From the NCBI GenBank assembly GCA_900317295.1, contig ONGB01000003.1:12245-76244 (forward strand): DNA of 64,000 bases. Reading direction: 5' to 3'. Each line of letters opens with the position of its first letter. The first letter of the stretch is position 1. The stretch comes from an uncultured Erysipelotrichaceae bacterium. Its GTDB lineage: Bacteria; Bacillota_I; Bacilli_A; RFN20; CAG-826. Both the position numbers and the translations under genes were made by a program. A model generated the notes under the pieces. That model saw only the letters and a program-made list of their open reading frames with translations, was not told where the DNA came from and did no database searches. This document shows positions 50,268 to 58,886 of the stretch, one piece after another.

Positions 50268-51080
50268 TTAAGGACGGATTTTGTCGATGAGCCCGAAGTG
50301 GAGGCAGGCGGAAGCCCAGCCATCTTCATCAATGTCGGGCGCGGTATACTCCGCGACCTTCTTGGCTTTGGGAGATCCGGCGCCCATGCAGGCAGAATGG
50401 CCGCAGTAGAGCATCATCTCCACATCGTTTTCCCCGTCCCCCAAGCACGCGGCTTCTTCGGGGGAGTAACCGTAATATTCCAAGACGGATTGGATGCCTT
50501 TGGATTTGTCGGAATCGTTGAGCATGATATCGACCGCGTATTCATCCCACCTGGCGGATTTGCAGCCCTGCAAGTGGGGGAGGAAGAGCGATTCGTCGAA
50601 GGCATCGCAGAAGGCGATCATCTGATAGACCACGCGGTCATAATGATCAGGGAAGGTGCGCGGTTGGGGGAAGCGGGTGCCGTATTTCTCGTGGGCGGAG
50701 ATGACGCGCTCATCGATCATGTTGATGTGGCCTTCGCTTTCTTCGATTAGGGTAAGTCCGAAACGGAGCCGCTTCGCGAAGGTGATCATCTTATCGACGA
50801 CTTCGCTGGGAATCGGGTATTTGTAGATGATGTTCCCGTCGATGATGGCGTTGCTGCCATTCATCGTCACAAGGCCATCGGGGGTGACGTAGCTAAGGAT
50901 CCCCGATTTGCGGATTAGGTAATAATTCCTGCCGGAGCAAAGGAACACCTTGATGCCTTTCCGCTGCATGTCCTCAAAAGCGTGGATCGCGGAGCGGGGC
51001 ACTTGATGCGTGACGTGGGAAAAAAGCGTGCCGTCGATATCGGTGAACACGATTTTGATGTCTTTCTTCCCGTTTTTCAT
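50268..51080 (-). CDS. Cof-type HAD-IIB hydrolase
   Basis: 270 aa; IVFTDIDGTLF motif I, GDGENDVEMM motif IV. Confidence 0.8.
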   Translation of the reverse strand: MKNGKKDIKIVFTDIDGTLFSHVTHQVPRSAIHAFEDMQRKGIKVFLCSGRNYYLIRKSGILSYVTPDGLVTMNGSNAIIDGNIIYKYPIPSEVVDKMITFAKRLRFGLTLIEESEGHINMIDERVISAHEKYGTRFPQPRTFPDHYDRVVYQMIAFCDAFDESLFLPHLQGCKSARWDEYAVDIMLNDSDKSKGIQSVLEYYGYSPEEAACLGDGENDVEMMLYCGHSACMGAGSPKAKKVAEYTAPDIDEDGWASACLHFGLIDKIRP

Positions 51081-51138
51081 AAATCTTTTTCGCTTAAAAC
51101 AGGCTTATTGACCACAAGAACGCGCCAAGGGTGTAAAC

Positions 51139-51495
51139 TTGTTTGGCGAGTATTTTATGCTTTACGACGCGTTTGACAAGTACCAACCCTTCGTGGATGA
51201 GCGCAATAAGCTCGTGCATGCCTATAAAGATGAAGAAGGCAATACCTTTTACGTCGAGCCTGGATTCTATGAAGGATTGATGGGCTTCAAGGAAAAGCGC
51301 GCGGACGATTTCCCCCGCATTATGGAGGCGATCGACCAGGTGATCAAAAAAGAAAAGAAGGTCATCTTCACCGCGGATTTCGAAAATCCATGGATCACGA
51401 GAGACGGCTTCATCTACCGCGAGATATCCGACATCACCGATCCCCTGCTGATCTTTGTGGAGGACAAATCCCGCGGATCGGATTACGGAGACTAA
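51139..51495 (+). CDS. hypothetical protein
   Basis: 118-aa ORF (alternative start 51157) between divergent promoter region and terminator; no recognizable motif. Confidence 0.4.
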   Translation: MFGEYFMLYDAFDKYQPFVDERNKLVHAYKDEEGNTFYVEPGFYEGLMGFKEKRADDFPRIMEAIDQVIKKEKKVIFTADFENPWITRDGFIYREISDITDPLLIFVEDKSRGSDYGD

Positions 51496-51524
51496 AAAGC
51501 ACGGCGGACCGTGCTTTTTGTTTT
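51496..51524. terminator. bidirectional terminator (AAAAAGCACGG-CGGA-CCGTGCTTTTT)
   Basis: Perfect 7-bp stem with A5/T5 flanks between convergent genes. Confidence 0.7.
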
Positions 51525-52725
51525 ACTTGGCCGGCGCTTGTGTGCTTAGCGATTTCATCGACAGCCACATGATGCGGATGCCGTAGAGGAAGACGAAGGC
51601 GAACAAGGCGAACTGCGGCAACAAGAAGCCGACGCCGAGGGCGAGGATGCCAGGAGCCAAGGCCGCATAGAAGGCGATCTTCCAGCAATCCCAGATCGTG
51701 AAGATGCGGTAGGGGTTGCGCTTGCCGCGGGTCAATAAGAACAGGATGAGACCGAAGAGAAGTTCCACGCCGGCGAAGATCCCGGCGGCGATGCCGGTGT
51801 AGGCCCAAGCGGTGGAGATGCGGGTTTGATCGGTCGAGCGGTTGATGATCGACTTGTATTTCTTGACGACGGCGGTCTTCAATTCGTCACCGGTGAGGTG
51901 GGCGCCGCCTTCCCCGGTCGCGGAATCATAGATGTCCTTGAAGTCCGTGCCTTTGAGGGCGGAGTAGGAGCCTGCGGGAGCGGAGTAGGAGAGCGCCCCG
52001 TTGGCTTTATAACGGATGAAGTAGATGTGGGAATCGCCGAAGGCCAACGCGTTGATACCTTCGATATCGGAACTATATTGGTCGACGAAGTTCGGGTTGT
52101 TCCCTTTGGTGATGGATTTCACGAAAGCCGCGTCGGAGAATTCCTTGTAATCCCCGGTTCCATCGGCTTTGTAATGCTCTTTGACGAAGACGTTGAAGAT
52201 CGGAGCGCCGGCGGAGGTGGATTGATCGCAATACCACGGATAATCCTCGGCGGAACCGAGGAAGTCGGCCCAGGCCTGGACGTTTTGCTTGGCGCGCGCT
52301 TCTTCCGTGGTGGTTTCCGCGTTATAGGTGGCGGTGGTGATTTCGAGCTTGCCCTCATCGTTGATGAGGATGGTGCATCCCTTCTCGCTTAGGGCTTTGG
52401 AGAAATTGACCAAGCCCTGGTCATAGGAGAAGGTGGGGGCCTTAAGCAACCCCGACCCGTAGTTGACATTAAGACGGGTGACGAGGTTCGGGACCGCGGA
52501 GGTGACGACGCCGGTGAGGGCGAAGCCAACCGCGAGGAAAACGAATCCGAGCCCGCGGAATTCGCGTCCCGCCTTGATGCAGGCGTCATTATTGACGAGG
52601 GTCAGGAAACTGGTTTTGATCCGGTCTTTGGCCTCGGGGCTAAGGGGTTTCTTTTCCTTCTTCGGCCCGTTATTGACCGGAGTGGCCCTGACGGTTCTGT
52701 TGTTCTTCTTCTTTTTCTTCGACAT
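51523..52725 (-). CDS. membrane-anchored protein of unknown function (N-terminal basic region, TM, large extracytoplasmic domain, C-terminal multi-TM)
   Basis: Start at MSKKKKKNNRT; about 400 aa; no recognizable catalytic motif. Confidence 0.45.
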   Translation of the reverse strand: MSKKKKKNNRTVRATPVNNGPKKEKKPLSPEAKDRIKTSFLTLVNNDACIKAGREFRGLGFVFLAVGFALTGVVTSAVPNLVTRLNVNYGSGLLKAPTFSYDQGLVNFSKALSEKGCTILINDEGKLEITTATYNAETTTEEARAKQNVQAWADFLGSAEDYPWYCDQSTSAGAPIFNVFVKEHYKADGTGDYKEFSDAAFVKSITKGNNPNFVDQYSSDIEGINALAFGDSHIYFIRYKANGALSYSAPAGSYSALKGTDFKDIYDSATGEGGAHLTGDELKTAVVKKYKSIINRSTDQTRISTAWAYTGIAAGIFAGVELLFGLILFLLTRGKRNPYRIFTIWDCWKIAFYAALAPGILALGVGFLLPQFALFAFVFLYGIRIMWLSMKSLSTQAPAK

Positions 52726-52796
52726 CTTCTCTAGCCTTTTGCTAAAAGCAAAGTAAAAGATACACGCAACCGGGATAATTTGCCACATAAAAAGAA

Positions 52797-53330
52797 ATGA
52801 GGTTTATAATCCCCTTCATGCGAGACAAAAGAAGCGACTATAACCGCCACGGCTGGTCTTGCTATGTCGCCGGGGGCCTTTTGCTTTCTTCCGCGGTCTT
52901 TTTCTTCTTCCCGTTCGTCGGGTCTTTCCTCGAAGGCGGGAAGTTCGTTTCTTTCCCCGTGAATGCTTTGATTTTCGGCGGAGAAGCGACTTACGAAAAC
53001 CTCGGATACACGACCTCTTTTTCCTTCTCGGAGAACTATTGGCTTTTTGCCTTTGCGATCTGCTTGGTCTTGGGGGCGCTAGGGGCTTTCCTAAGCCGGA
53101 ACGCCACAAGGGAGCTGACCATCTCGCTTTTCCTATCTTCGATTGGATTCATCGGTATCGCGATGGCTTTGCTGATCCTGCATTGGGTCAACCCCGGTCT
53201 TCCTTTGATGTCTTTGCGTTTCGGTTGGGCGTTCTTCGTTTGGGATAGTCTTGCCGGCGCTGCGTTAATTATCCTTTTGGTTTCGATCATCCGTTCCCGC
53301 CTCTACTGGCGGAATCGGAGCGTGAAATAA
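52797..53330 (+). CDS. hypothetical membrane protein
   Basis: 177-aa ORF with 4-5 hydrophobic helices; weak RBS; start ambiguous (52797 or 52818). Confidence 0.35.
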   Translation: MRFIIPFMRDKRSDYNRHGWSCYVAGGLLLSSAVFFFFPFVGSFLEGGKFVSFPVNALIFGGEATYENLGYTTSFSFSENYWLFAFAICLVLGALGAFLSRNATRELTISLFLSSIGFIGIAMALLILHWVNPGLPLMSLRFGWAFFVWDSLAGAALIILLVSIIRSRLYWRNRSVK

Positions 53331-53383
53331 TAGGGTTTTCGCTTATTTTCCATCTTCCTTTGTCTAGCGGAGGCGGTATAATG

Positions 53384-53398
53384 CTCCTCGCCTTTAAG
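53384..53398 (+). promoter_or_regulatory. promoter -10 region (TATAAT at 53387-92) for ssrA
   Basis: GGTATAATG about 20 nt upstream of the mature tmRNA 5' end; the precursor leader would be removed by RNase P. Confidence 0.5.
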
Positions 53399-53410
53399 GC
53401 AGTTGTTCTT

Positions 53411-53820
53411 TGATAACGTGGGGACGTACTGGTTTTGATTCGGAAGGTCGGTCATCGACTGCAGTGGTCTGGTAGACCCTAAGACCGAAAAACAATAACT
53501 GACAACTCTGTCAAACCCTGGATGGTGCGTAACAACGCCGTCCTCGCTCGCGCCTAATTAGAGCACCCCTCGATGGGTTCCCGCCAAGCGGGACGAGCAC
53601 GTCCGCCCCTCATTTCTCGCCTATTGAGGGAGCGGGCGCAACACCAAGGCGATAAGCGCGTAGCGTTGGCTAGCGCGTAACGTCGAAAACCTTACCAGCC
53701 ATGGGTCATGCGCTTTGGGGCGTATCTTCAACCATGACCCGAGACTTGAAACGCCATAAACTGTAGGCGTCGATGGTTAGTCTTCCGAAGACCGGAGTTC
53801 GACTCTCCGCGTCTCCACCA
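53411..53820 (+). ncRNA. ssrA: transfer-messenger RNA (tmRNA)
   Basis: 5' GGGGACG pairs with 3' CGUCUCCACCA (acceptor stem with G3.U), T-arm GGAGUUCGACUCUCC, ends in CCA; starts and ends like B. subtilis tmRNA; tag ORF GAC(53492)...GCC-TAA(53546-48) preceded by AAUAACU as in B. subtilis; followed by terminator 53834-53866. Confidence 0.93.
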
Positions 53821-53833
53821 CGTTGAATCAAAA

Positions 53834-53866
53834 AGCCGAGCACTTGATTGTGTTCGGCTTTTGCTT
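53834..53866 (+). terminator. intrinsic terminator of ssrA
   Basis: AGCCGAGCAC-TTGATT-GTGTTCGGCT 10-bp stem (one G.U) followed by TTTT. Confidence 0.8.
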
Positions 53867-53875
53867 TCTGATCCT

Positions 53876-54064
53876 TTAATCGGCCAGCCTGAATTCATTC
53901 ACTTGAAGGGTGAAGACATCTATTGTCTTGCCATTTGAATCAAAGAGCTCAACTTCATAAAGCTCGCCCGGACGCCAGATTTCAACGACTGCGCCCTGGG
54001 TGCCCTTTTTAACCGACCCTTTGTCAACGGTTGTAACAACCGAATCAAACAGTTTAATTTCCAT
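53876..54064 (-). CDS. small DUF4926-like protein (putative antitoxin/immunity partner)
   Basis: 62 aa; KKGTQGAVVEIWRPGELYEVELFDSNGKTIDVFTL pattern resembles the DUF4926 family; 11 nt downstream of the 166-aa gene on the same strand. Confidence 0.45.
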   Translation of the reverse strand: MEIKLFDSVVTTVDKGSVKKGTQGAVVEIWRPGELYEVELFDSNGKTIDVFTLQVNEFRLAD

Positions 54065-54075
54065 AAAAACTCCTT

Positions 54076-54576
54076 TTACTTGATGTAGTTGGTAATCATT
54101 CGAGGTTCTTTTGAAGTTTTTTCAATGCCATAGACGGCGACTACCGTTGCGGTTCTTCCGTTTGCCCCGGTTACTTCTATTCCATATGCGTATTTTATTA
54201 CACCGAATTTGTTTTCGTGTATTTTCAATAGACTCGCTGTTCCAGAAATAATCGCGACATGAATCTGGTTTTTCAAAGAAAGGTAGTTTTCCTTTGTATA
54301 CCCTAGCAGTTTTTCGTACAAAACCGCTTTGTCCCTCCCATTTGGGTTATTAAAATCAAGCGAATACTTTAGAAACTTTTCGTCAGGAGTAATTGCCTTC
54401 TTATAATTGGGCATTATTCGACTGGTTGATCCTTCCTTGGGATAGGTTTTAACATCGCTAATTTGCGAATGGCCCTTTTTGTAATTAGATGAAGCGTCTT
54501 TTTCACCACCTCCATATCTTCCGTTTGACGAATCATAGGGCTGGAGCTGATGCCCTCCGCCGATTTTCACTGGCAT
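54076..54576 (-). CDS. hypothetical protein, Gly-rich N-terminus + about 110-aa C-terminal domain (putative toxin-like partner)
   Basis: 166 aa; no match to a housekeeping family; lies in a low-GC islet next to tmRNA, tightly coupled to the DUF4926-like gene. Confidence 0.4.
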   Translation of the reverse strand: MPVKIGGGHQLQPYDSSNGRYGGGEKDASSNYKKGHSQISDVKTYPKEGSTSRIMPNYKKAITPDEKFLKYSLDFNNPNGRDKAVLYEKLLGYTKENYLSLKNQIHVAIISGTASLLKIHENKFGVIKYAYGIEVTGANGRTATVVAVYGIEKTSKEPRMITNYIK

Positions 54577-54664
54577 AAAGAAGCCTCCTTTTTATAGCCA
54601 ATAATCTAGAAGGAGATTGGTTGAGTTGACAATCTATGGGAAGTTGATGAAAAATTGATGTGAA

Positions 54665-55837
54665 ATGGACGAAAAAACAGAAAATCATAAATTCAACATC
54701 GGAGCTTTTTTGAAAGTGCTGTTTCAGTACCTATCAGACAAATACACAAAAGCTACCGCCACGAACGAGCTGTTTGACCCGTTTTTTAAATACATCGACA
54801 GCTCCTACGATTTTGATAAGGCCATCGTCAGCAAACTCGCTTCGCACAAAATCAATATTCCACAAAAGGTTATCAAGGCGGTTTTGAAATTCGGTAATGC
54901 GAGCAAAAAGGAGTTCGAACGCGCGATTCAAGACATCACTGATGAAAAGTTTTTTCTTTTTCTGGAAGGCTTAGCGGAAGAAATCGAAACACACAAGACC
55001 GAAAGCGCCAAAGAGCTCTCGAGGGTTTTGGATTTTTATAAAGGAAGCGAGGTGAGCGATTTTCTAAATGCGGCGTTTGTTTATGCTGTCCTTTCTCCCA
55101 ACGCGCCAAGCGAGAAAAAACAAAAAACGGGAAGACCAAAAGGAGGCACACACGAATACATTTTTTATCTCTCTCAGACAGAAAAAGAGGAACAGGCCAA
55201 GGTCTTAAAAAACAAAATCCTCAAAAGCGTAAAAAAGTTGACGCTCGACGATCTTCGCGACATTTTGGCTTTAATGACATATACAACGGTTTGTTTTTCA
55301 AAAGAAGAAAAAGTGAAAGCCTCCCTAAGATTTCTTCAAGGATGGAAAGTCCTTTATGGTTTGACCCCGACCCAAGAGCTGTTACAAACAATAAAGGACA
55401 TAGGTAGGTTCAGCGAACCGGATGTTCGTGAAATATTCGTGGGATGGGAGGAAGCGGTTTATGAGGCCAATGATACGAAAAAGGCCAACCATCTAAAAAA
55501 CCTTTTTACCCGAGCAAAAAGAATGAATAGTTTTGCCAACATATCCAAATACGCAGACAGTTTGGTTGATGAAGAAGACTTAGGAAAATCCGGTGCGTTC
55601 TCTGCTTCTTTAGTGAGAAACAAATTCTTTCTCCCAAACTTTTTGGATCATTTGACTAGTTCGTTATGGAGTTATTGTTGCTCGGTGGCTAGGCTGGCGC
55701 ACAAAGCGGGAGTCCAAAAGGATTTTGAGAAAAAGCTTGACGATATGATGGCGGTGACTCCTAAAAACAAAACAACAACCGAGCGGATTGAATACCTCAG
55801 GGAGCTAGCAACACAAGAGATTTCGCGACATTTCTGA
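54665..55837 (+). CDS. hypothetical protein (390 aa, helical, K/E-rich), low-GC accessory gene
   Basis: Long ORF in an AT-rich segment, no Walker or other recognizable motifs. Confidence 0.45.
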   Translation: MDEKTENHKFNIGAFLKVLFQYLSDKYTKATATNELFDPFFKYIDSSYDFDKAIVSKLASHKINIPQKVIKAVLKFGNASKKEFERAIQDITDEKFFLFLEGLAEEIETHKTESAKELSRVLDFYKGSEVSDFLNAAFVYAVLSPNAPSEKKQKTGRPKGGTHEYIFYLSQTEKEEQAKVLKNKILKSVKKLTLDDLRDILALMTYTTVCFSKEEKVKASLRFLQGWKVLYGLTPTQELLQTIKDIGRFSEPDVREIFVGWEEAVYEANDTKKANHLKNLFTRAKRMNSFANISKYADSLVDEEDLGKSGAFSASLVRNKFFLPNFLDHLTSSLWSYCCSVARLAHKAGVQKDFEKKLDDMMAVTPKNKTTTERIEYLRELATQEISRHF

Positions 55838-56069
55838 CCCGCCAATTAAGAAATGTGCAACGACCAACTTGCAATAAAAGTCCAATCTTTTTTCGCAAGG
55901 ATATTGAAAACAAAAACCTTTAAAAAATAAAAAAGAAATTTTTTGAAAATATTTATCGCGCGTGTTTCCTATATATAAAAAGATTAAAGGTGATTTTTAA
56001 GAAAAAAGTTCGATGATTCCTAAGTTTTTGCACATTTTGAAAATTTTTAAAAAAATGTGGAAAAAAGTG

Positions 56070-56097
56070 TTGACATGCGTTTCGAGAGGCGTATAGT
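56070..56097 (+). promoter_or_regulatory. strong sigma-A type promoter (TTGACA-16-TATAGT) driving the large ncRNA candidate
   Basis: -35 TTGACA 56070-75, -10 TATAGT 56092-97; AT-rich UP-like region with inverted repeat CACATTTT/AAAATGTG at 56039-56064. Confidence 0.65.
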
Positions 56098-56103
56098 AAT
56101 GTG

Positions 56104-57568
56104 TTCCGCGGGGAACGCTGAGCTTCGGCTCTGCGAAACCGCGAAACCTCAGATCTTGGTTCTACAAGTTCTGTGAAGGGAATGCACGATGCCCCCAGGG
56201 CTCCTTGCCTCAAAGGTCGGCTGCCTCGAAAGAGACAAAGGCGATGCGGAATCTTGACCCCGCACCTCTACGGAGCGCTTCTCCGTTCGGTAAACCGATA
56301 AAACGAAGGTGGACGGTTAAACCTCTTGGCTACGGCCTTCTGGTGGACCCGCTCACAAAGGGCTCCTCTTCTTGGGTTGAGGAAAGCCACCGCCGAAGCG
56401 CTACCCTGGCGGCCAGTGAACTGGTGAGAAAGGGCGCTGCGAGAAAGCTTGAAAAAGCCAACCTCGCGATCTGGAGACAACGGACTTCGCCGAATCTCCA
56501 AGCGGAATTCATCCCTCCGCCTCGTGCACGAGAAAAAGCGATGATGCCCCGCGTAAACGCTTGCCAAAGCGGTAGCAACGGGCGAAGGGCAACCCTCGGA
56601 AGGAATCCTGCCTTCCCCAGTAAACTGGGAAAACCAAGGGTGACGGGCCAAACCGGACCATCAATCCCGGTCAACCGTCTAAGCCAGAGGAAGCGATTCC
56701 TCTCCGTGGAACACCCCATCCACCCGATAATCATCGCGAAACATGGGACCCAGCAAGGACCTAACCCCGCAAGGGAACGGACGACCTGGTCAACGGGCTG
56801 CATCGAAAGATGATGTCCGCGGCGCTTCTGCCCCGCCGCCAAGTAGAACTTGGATAAAGTCTCAGGTGGATGAACCGCAAGGTTCGAAGAGGTGAAAAAC
56901 CTCCGGCCCCGAGAGAAGGCCCCGGTAAACCGATAACTTCCCTCTCCGACCGCATCATGGCATGGCCCAATCCGCCCTCTGCCGCGGAAGGTAGTCACCT
57001 ACATCAGGTGCGACGATAGCCTCGCCGTCAGTGAAACTGGAAATGAGGCTGCGAATCCGTCGGTTCCCTTCGGGGCTCAGGCTGATCCGTGAACTCCTAG
57101 GAATTCATAACTAGGATGGTGCCAAAAGAGGCTCGGCGCGCGGTAAACCGCTGGAAAAGCCTCGAACCCAGACGCAAGCCTGGGGGAGATCAGAGACGCA
57201 AGTCCCTGAAGGAAGTCGTTCCACCCTGCAATTCGTGAAGTCGGAACGTGGTAGAGATACCTGAGCGAACGAAGATGTACCTCAGGATCGACATCGAGAC
57301 CTACTAGGAGCGATCCGAAATAGGCCTAGGAAGATAAGAGTTCTTCTCAGCGGTACACCGCGAAATCAAAAACTTGTTCCTGAATGCCTTCCTTGATCAA
57401 GCAAGGTCCGCGGTAAGGATCGATCATCCTCGGATGAGTGGTTGGTTGGAATCTCCCACGAGGTAAACCTCGAATACGAAATATCCCGACGCAATTGGAG
57501 CTATACGAGTCGTTAAACAGGAAAGCCAAGCGACACCACGCAGCGATGCGTGGCGTTTTCTTTTTTAG
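56104..57568 (+). ncRNA. candidate large (about 1.47 kb) GC-rich structured noncoding RNA of unknown class
   Basis: Bounded by a consensus promoter and an intrinsic terminator (CCACGCA-GCGA-TGCGTGG + TTTTCTTTTTT at 57535-57568); no T-runs inside; only overlapping Arg/Pro-rich low-complexity ORFs on both strands; many hairpins capped by UUCG/GNRA loops (GAGC-UUCG-GCUC 56119-30, CCC-UUCG-GGG 57067-76, several GCGAAA); CGGUAAACCG occurs 3 times. Confidence 0.55.
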
Positions 57569-57571
57569 GGC

Positions 57572-58093
57572 TTATTTGTCGATGTAGAACACCCGTCCGG
57601 GCTTTCTTTCTTTCGCCGGAGCGGGTTGGCCATAGCCTAAGGCGCAGTGGCCAATGCCTTCATAATCCCCTTCAATCCCGTGGGCTTTGAGCCAGGCCTT
57701 GCCTTCTTCGGAATCGAATTCCTCTTTCGCACGATGGATCCAAATCGATTGGACGCCTTCCGCTTGGGCGGCGTTCATGAGGTTGCCTAAAGCCAACGAG
57801 CCATCATAGATGTAGCAGAACGCGTCTTTCCTGGCCAAGACGATGACGATGACCGGGGCGCCATAGAAGGGGTCAATGTCTCCTCTTCCTAGGATGCCCG
57901 CGTTAAGCTTGCGCAGCCATTCCCTTTCTTTCTTATCGCGGACCACGACGAAGATCGGGCTTTGGGAGCCGACGCCGGTGGGGGCGTATAACCCCGCTTC
58001 GAGGATGCGGTCGAGTTTCTCTTGCTCCACCGTTTTCTCTGGATCGAAAGCGCGGCAGCTCCTCCGCGTGAGTAAGGCTTCTAATGCTTCCAT
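57572..58093 (-). CDS. nitroreductase-family protein
   Basis: 173 aa; LLTRRSCRAF N-terminal motif and FMN-binding fold motifs. Confidence 0.8.
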   Translation of the reverse strand: MEALEALLTRRSCRAFDPEKTVEQEKLDRILEAGLYAPTGVGSQSPIFVVVRDKKEREWLRKLNAGILGRGDIDPFYGAPVIVIVLARKDAFCYIYDGSLALGNLMNAAQAEGVQSIWIHRAKEEFDSEEGKAWLKAHGIEGDYEGIGHCALGYGQPAPAKERKPGRVFYIDK

Positions 58094-58149
58094 GATGTTT
58101 TCTCCTATCTGCCTTATTTTAAGACGGCTTTCGTTCTATACTAAAGCCC

Positions 58150-58845
58150 ATGGATTTCTCTGGCTGGGAAAAACTGTCTCTCGTCGACTTCGACGACAAC
58201 CTCACGACCACTCTTTTCATGGCGGGCTGCCCATTCCGCTGCCCCTTTTGCCATAACGGGGACTTGGTCCTTCATCCGGAAAACGCCCCGAAGATCCCGT
58301 GGGAAGAGATCCTAGACTATCTAAAAAAGCGTAGAGGCATGTTAGACGCCGTCTGCGTCTCCGGTGGCGAGCCGACCTTGATGCCCGACCTCAAAGAGAA
58401 AATCCGCGAGATCAAAGAGCTTGGCTATATCGTCAAATTGGATTCCAATGGCTGGCGGCCCGATTTATTGAAAGGGCTTATCGAAGAGAAGCTCGTCGAC
58501 CACATCGCGATGGATATCAAGAACTCCAAAGAGAAATATTCCGCGACCGCGGGGGTGGAAGTCGATATGAGCCAAATCACCCAATCCGTGGACCTATTGA
58601 TGCATTCGGGGATCAGCTATGAATTCCGCACGACGATCATTGAGGAATTCCATGACGAAGACGACATCCGCCGCATCGGGGAATGGATTAAGGGGGCAAA
58701 GATGTATCGGTTGCAAAGATTCATCGACGGGGAAACCTGCATCTACCGTGGCCTTCATCCCATTAGCTTAGATAAGGCCGAAGGATTCATAGAGATTCTC
58801 AAACCCTATATCGAAAATGTCGATTTAAGGGGATACGACAAATAA
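58150..58845 (+). CDS. nrdG: anaerobic ribonucleoside-triphosphate reductase activating protein (radical SAM)
   Basis: 231 aa; CPFRCPFCHN CX3CX2C cluster motif in NrdG context; convergent with trxB-nrdD. Confidence 0.8.
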   Translation: MDFSGWEKLSLVDFDDNLTTTLFMAGCPFRCPFCHNGDLVLHPENAPKIPWEEILDYLKKRRGMLDAVCVSGGEPTLMPDLKEKIREIKELGYIVKLDSNGWRPDLLKGLIEEKLVDHIAMDIKNSKEKYSATAGVEVDMSQITQSVDLLMHSGISYEFRTTIIEEFHDEDDIRRIGEWIKGAKMYRLQRFIDGETCIYRGLHPISLDKAEGFIEILKPYIENVDLRGYDK

Positions 58846-58846
58846 A

Positions 58847-58886
58847 AAAGAGCGGAATTCCGATGCATGGGTCCGCTCTTTTCGTT
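58847..58886. terminator. bidirectional terminator between nrdG (+) and trxB (-)
   Basis: AAAAAGAGCGGA ... TCCGCTCTTTTCG hairpin. Confidence 0.6.

Noticed and set aside
53492-53548. Alternative tmRNA tag frames (…QTLDGA*, …PN*)
   Set aside because: They are not positioned after the conserved AAUAACU pre-resume element and give even less tag-like peptides. Frame A (GAC resume) was retained but flagged as unusual.
56205-56998. Six-frame ORFs of 202, 127 and 222 aa inside the 56.1-57.6 kb region (both strands)
   Set aside because: They overlap on opposite strands, are Arg/Pro/Gly-rich low-complexity translations with no RBS or motif, and lie between a promoter and terminator of a tetraloop-rich RNA. 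This is typical of a high-GC structured noncoding sequence, not proteins.
56100-57568. Possibility that the large noncoding region is RNase P RNA, a group II intron or rRNA
   Set aside because: Local CGGUAAAC and GGUGAAA strings resemble RNase P J11/12 and P10 modules, but P4 strands (GGAAAGUCCGG / ACAGAACCCGGCUUA) are absent and the elements are not colinear with either P RNA type. There is no GUGYG...domain V (GAGCCGUAUGCGAUGAAAGUCGCACGUACGGUUC) architecture and no IEP ORF. There is no rRNA signature. Left as unclassified.
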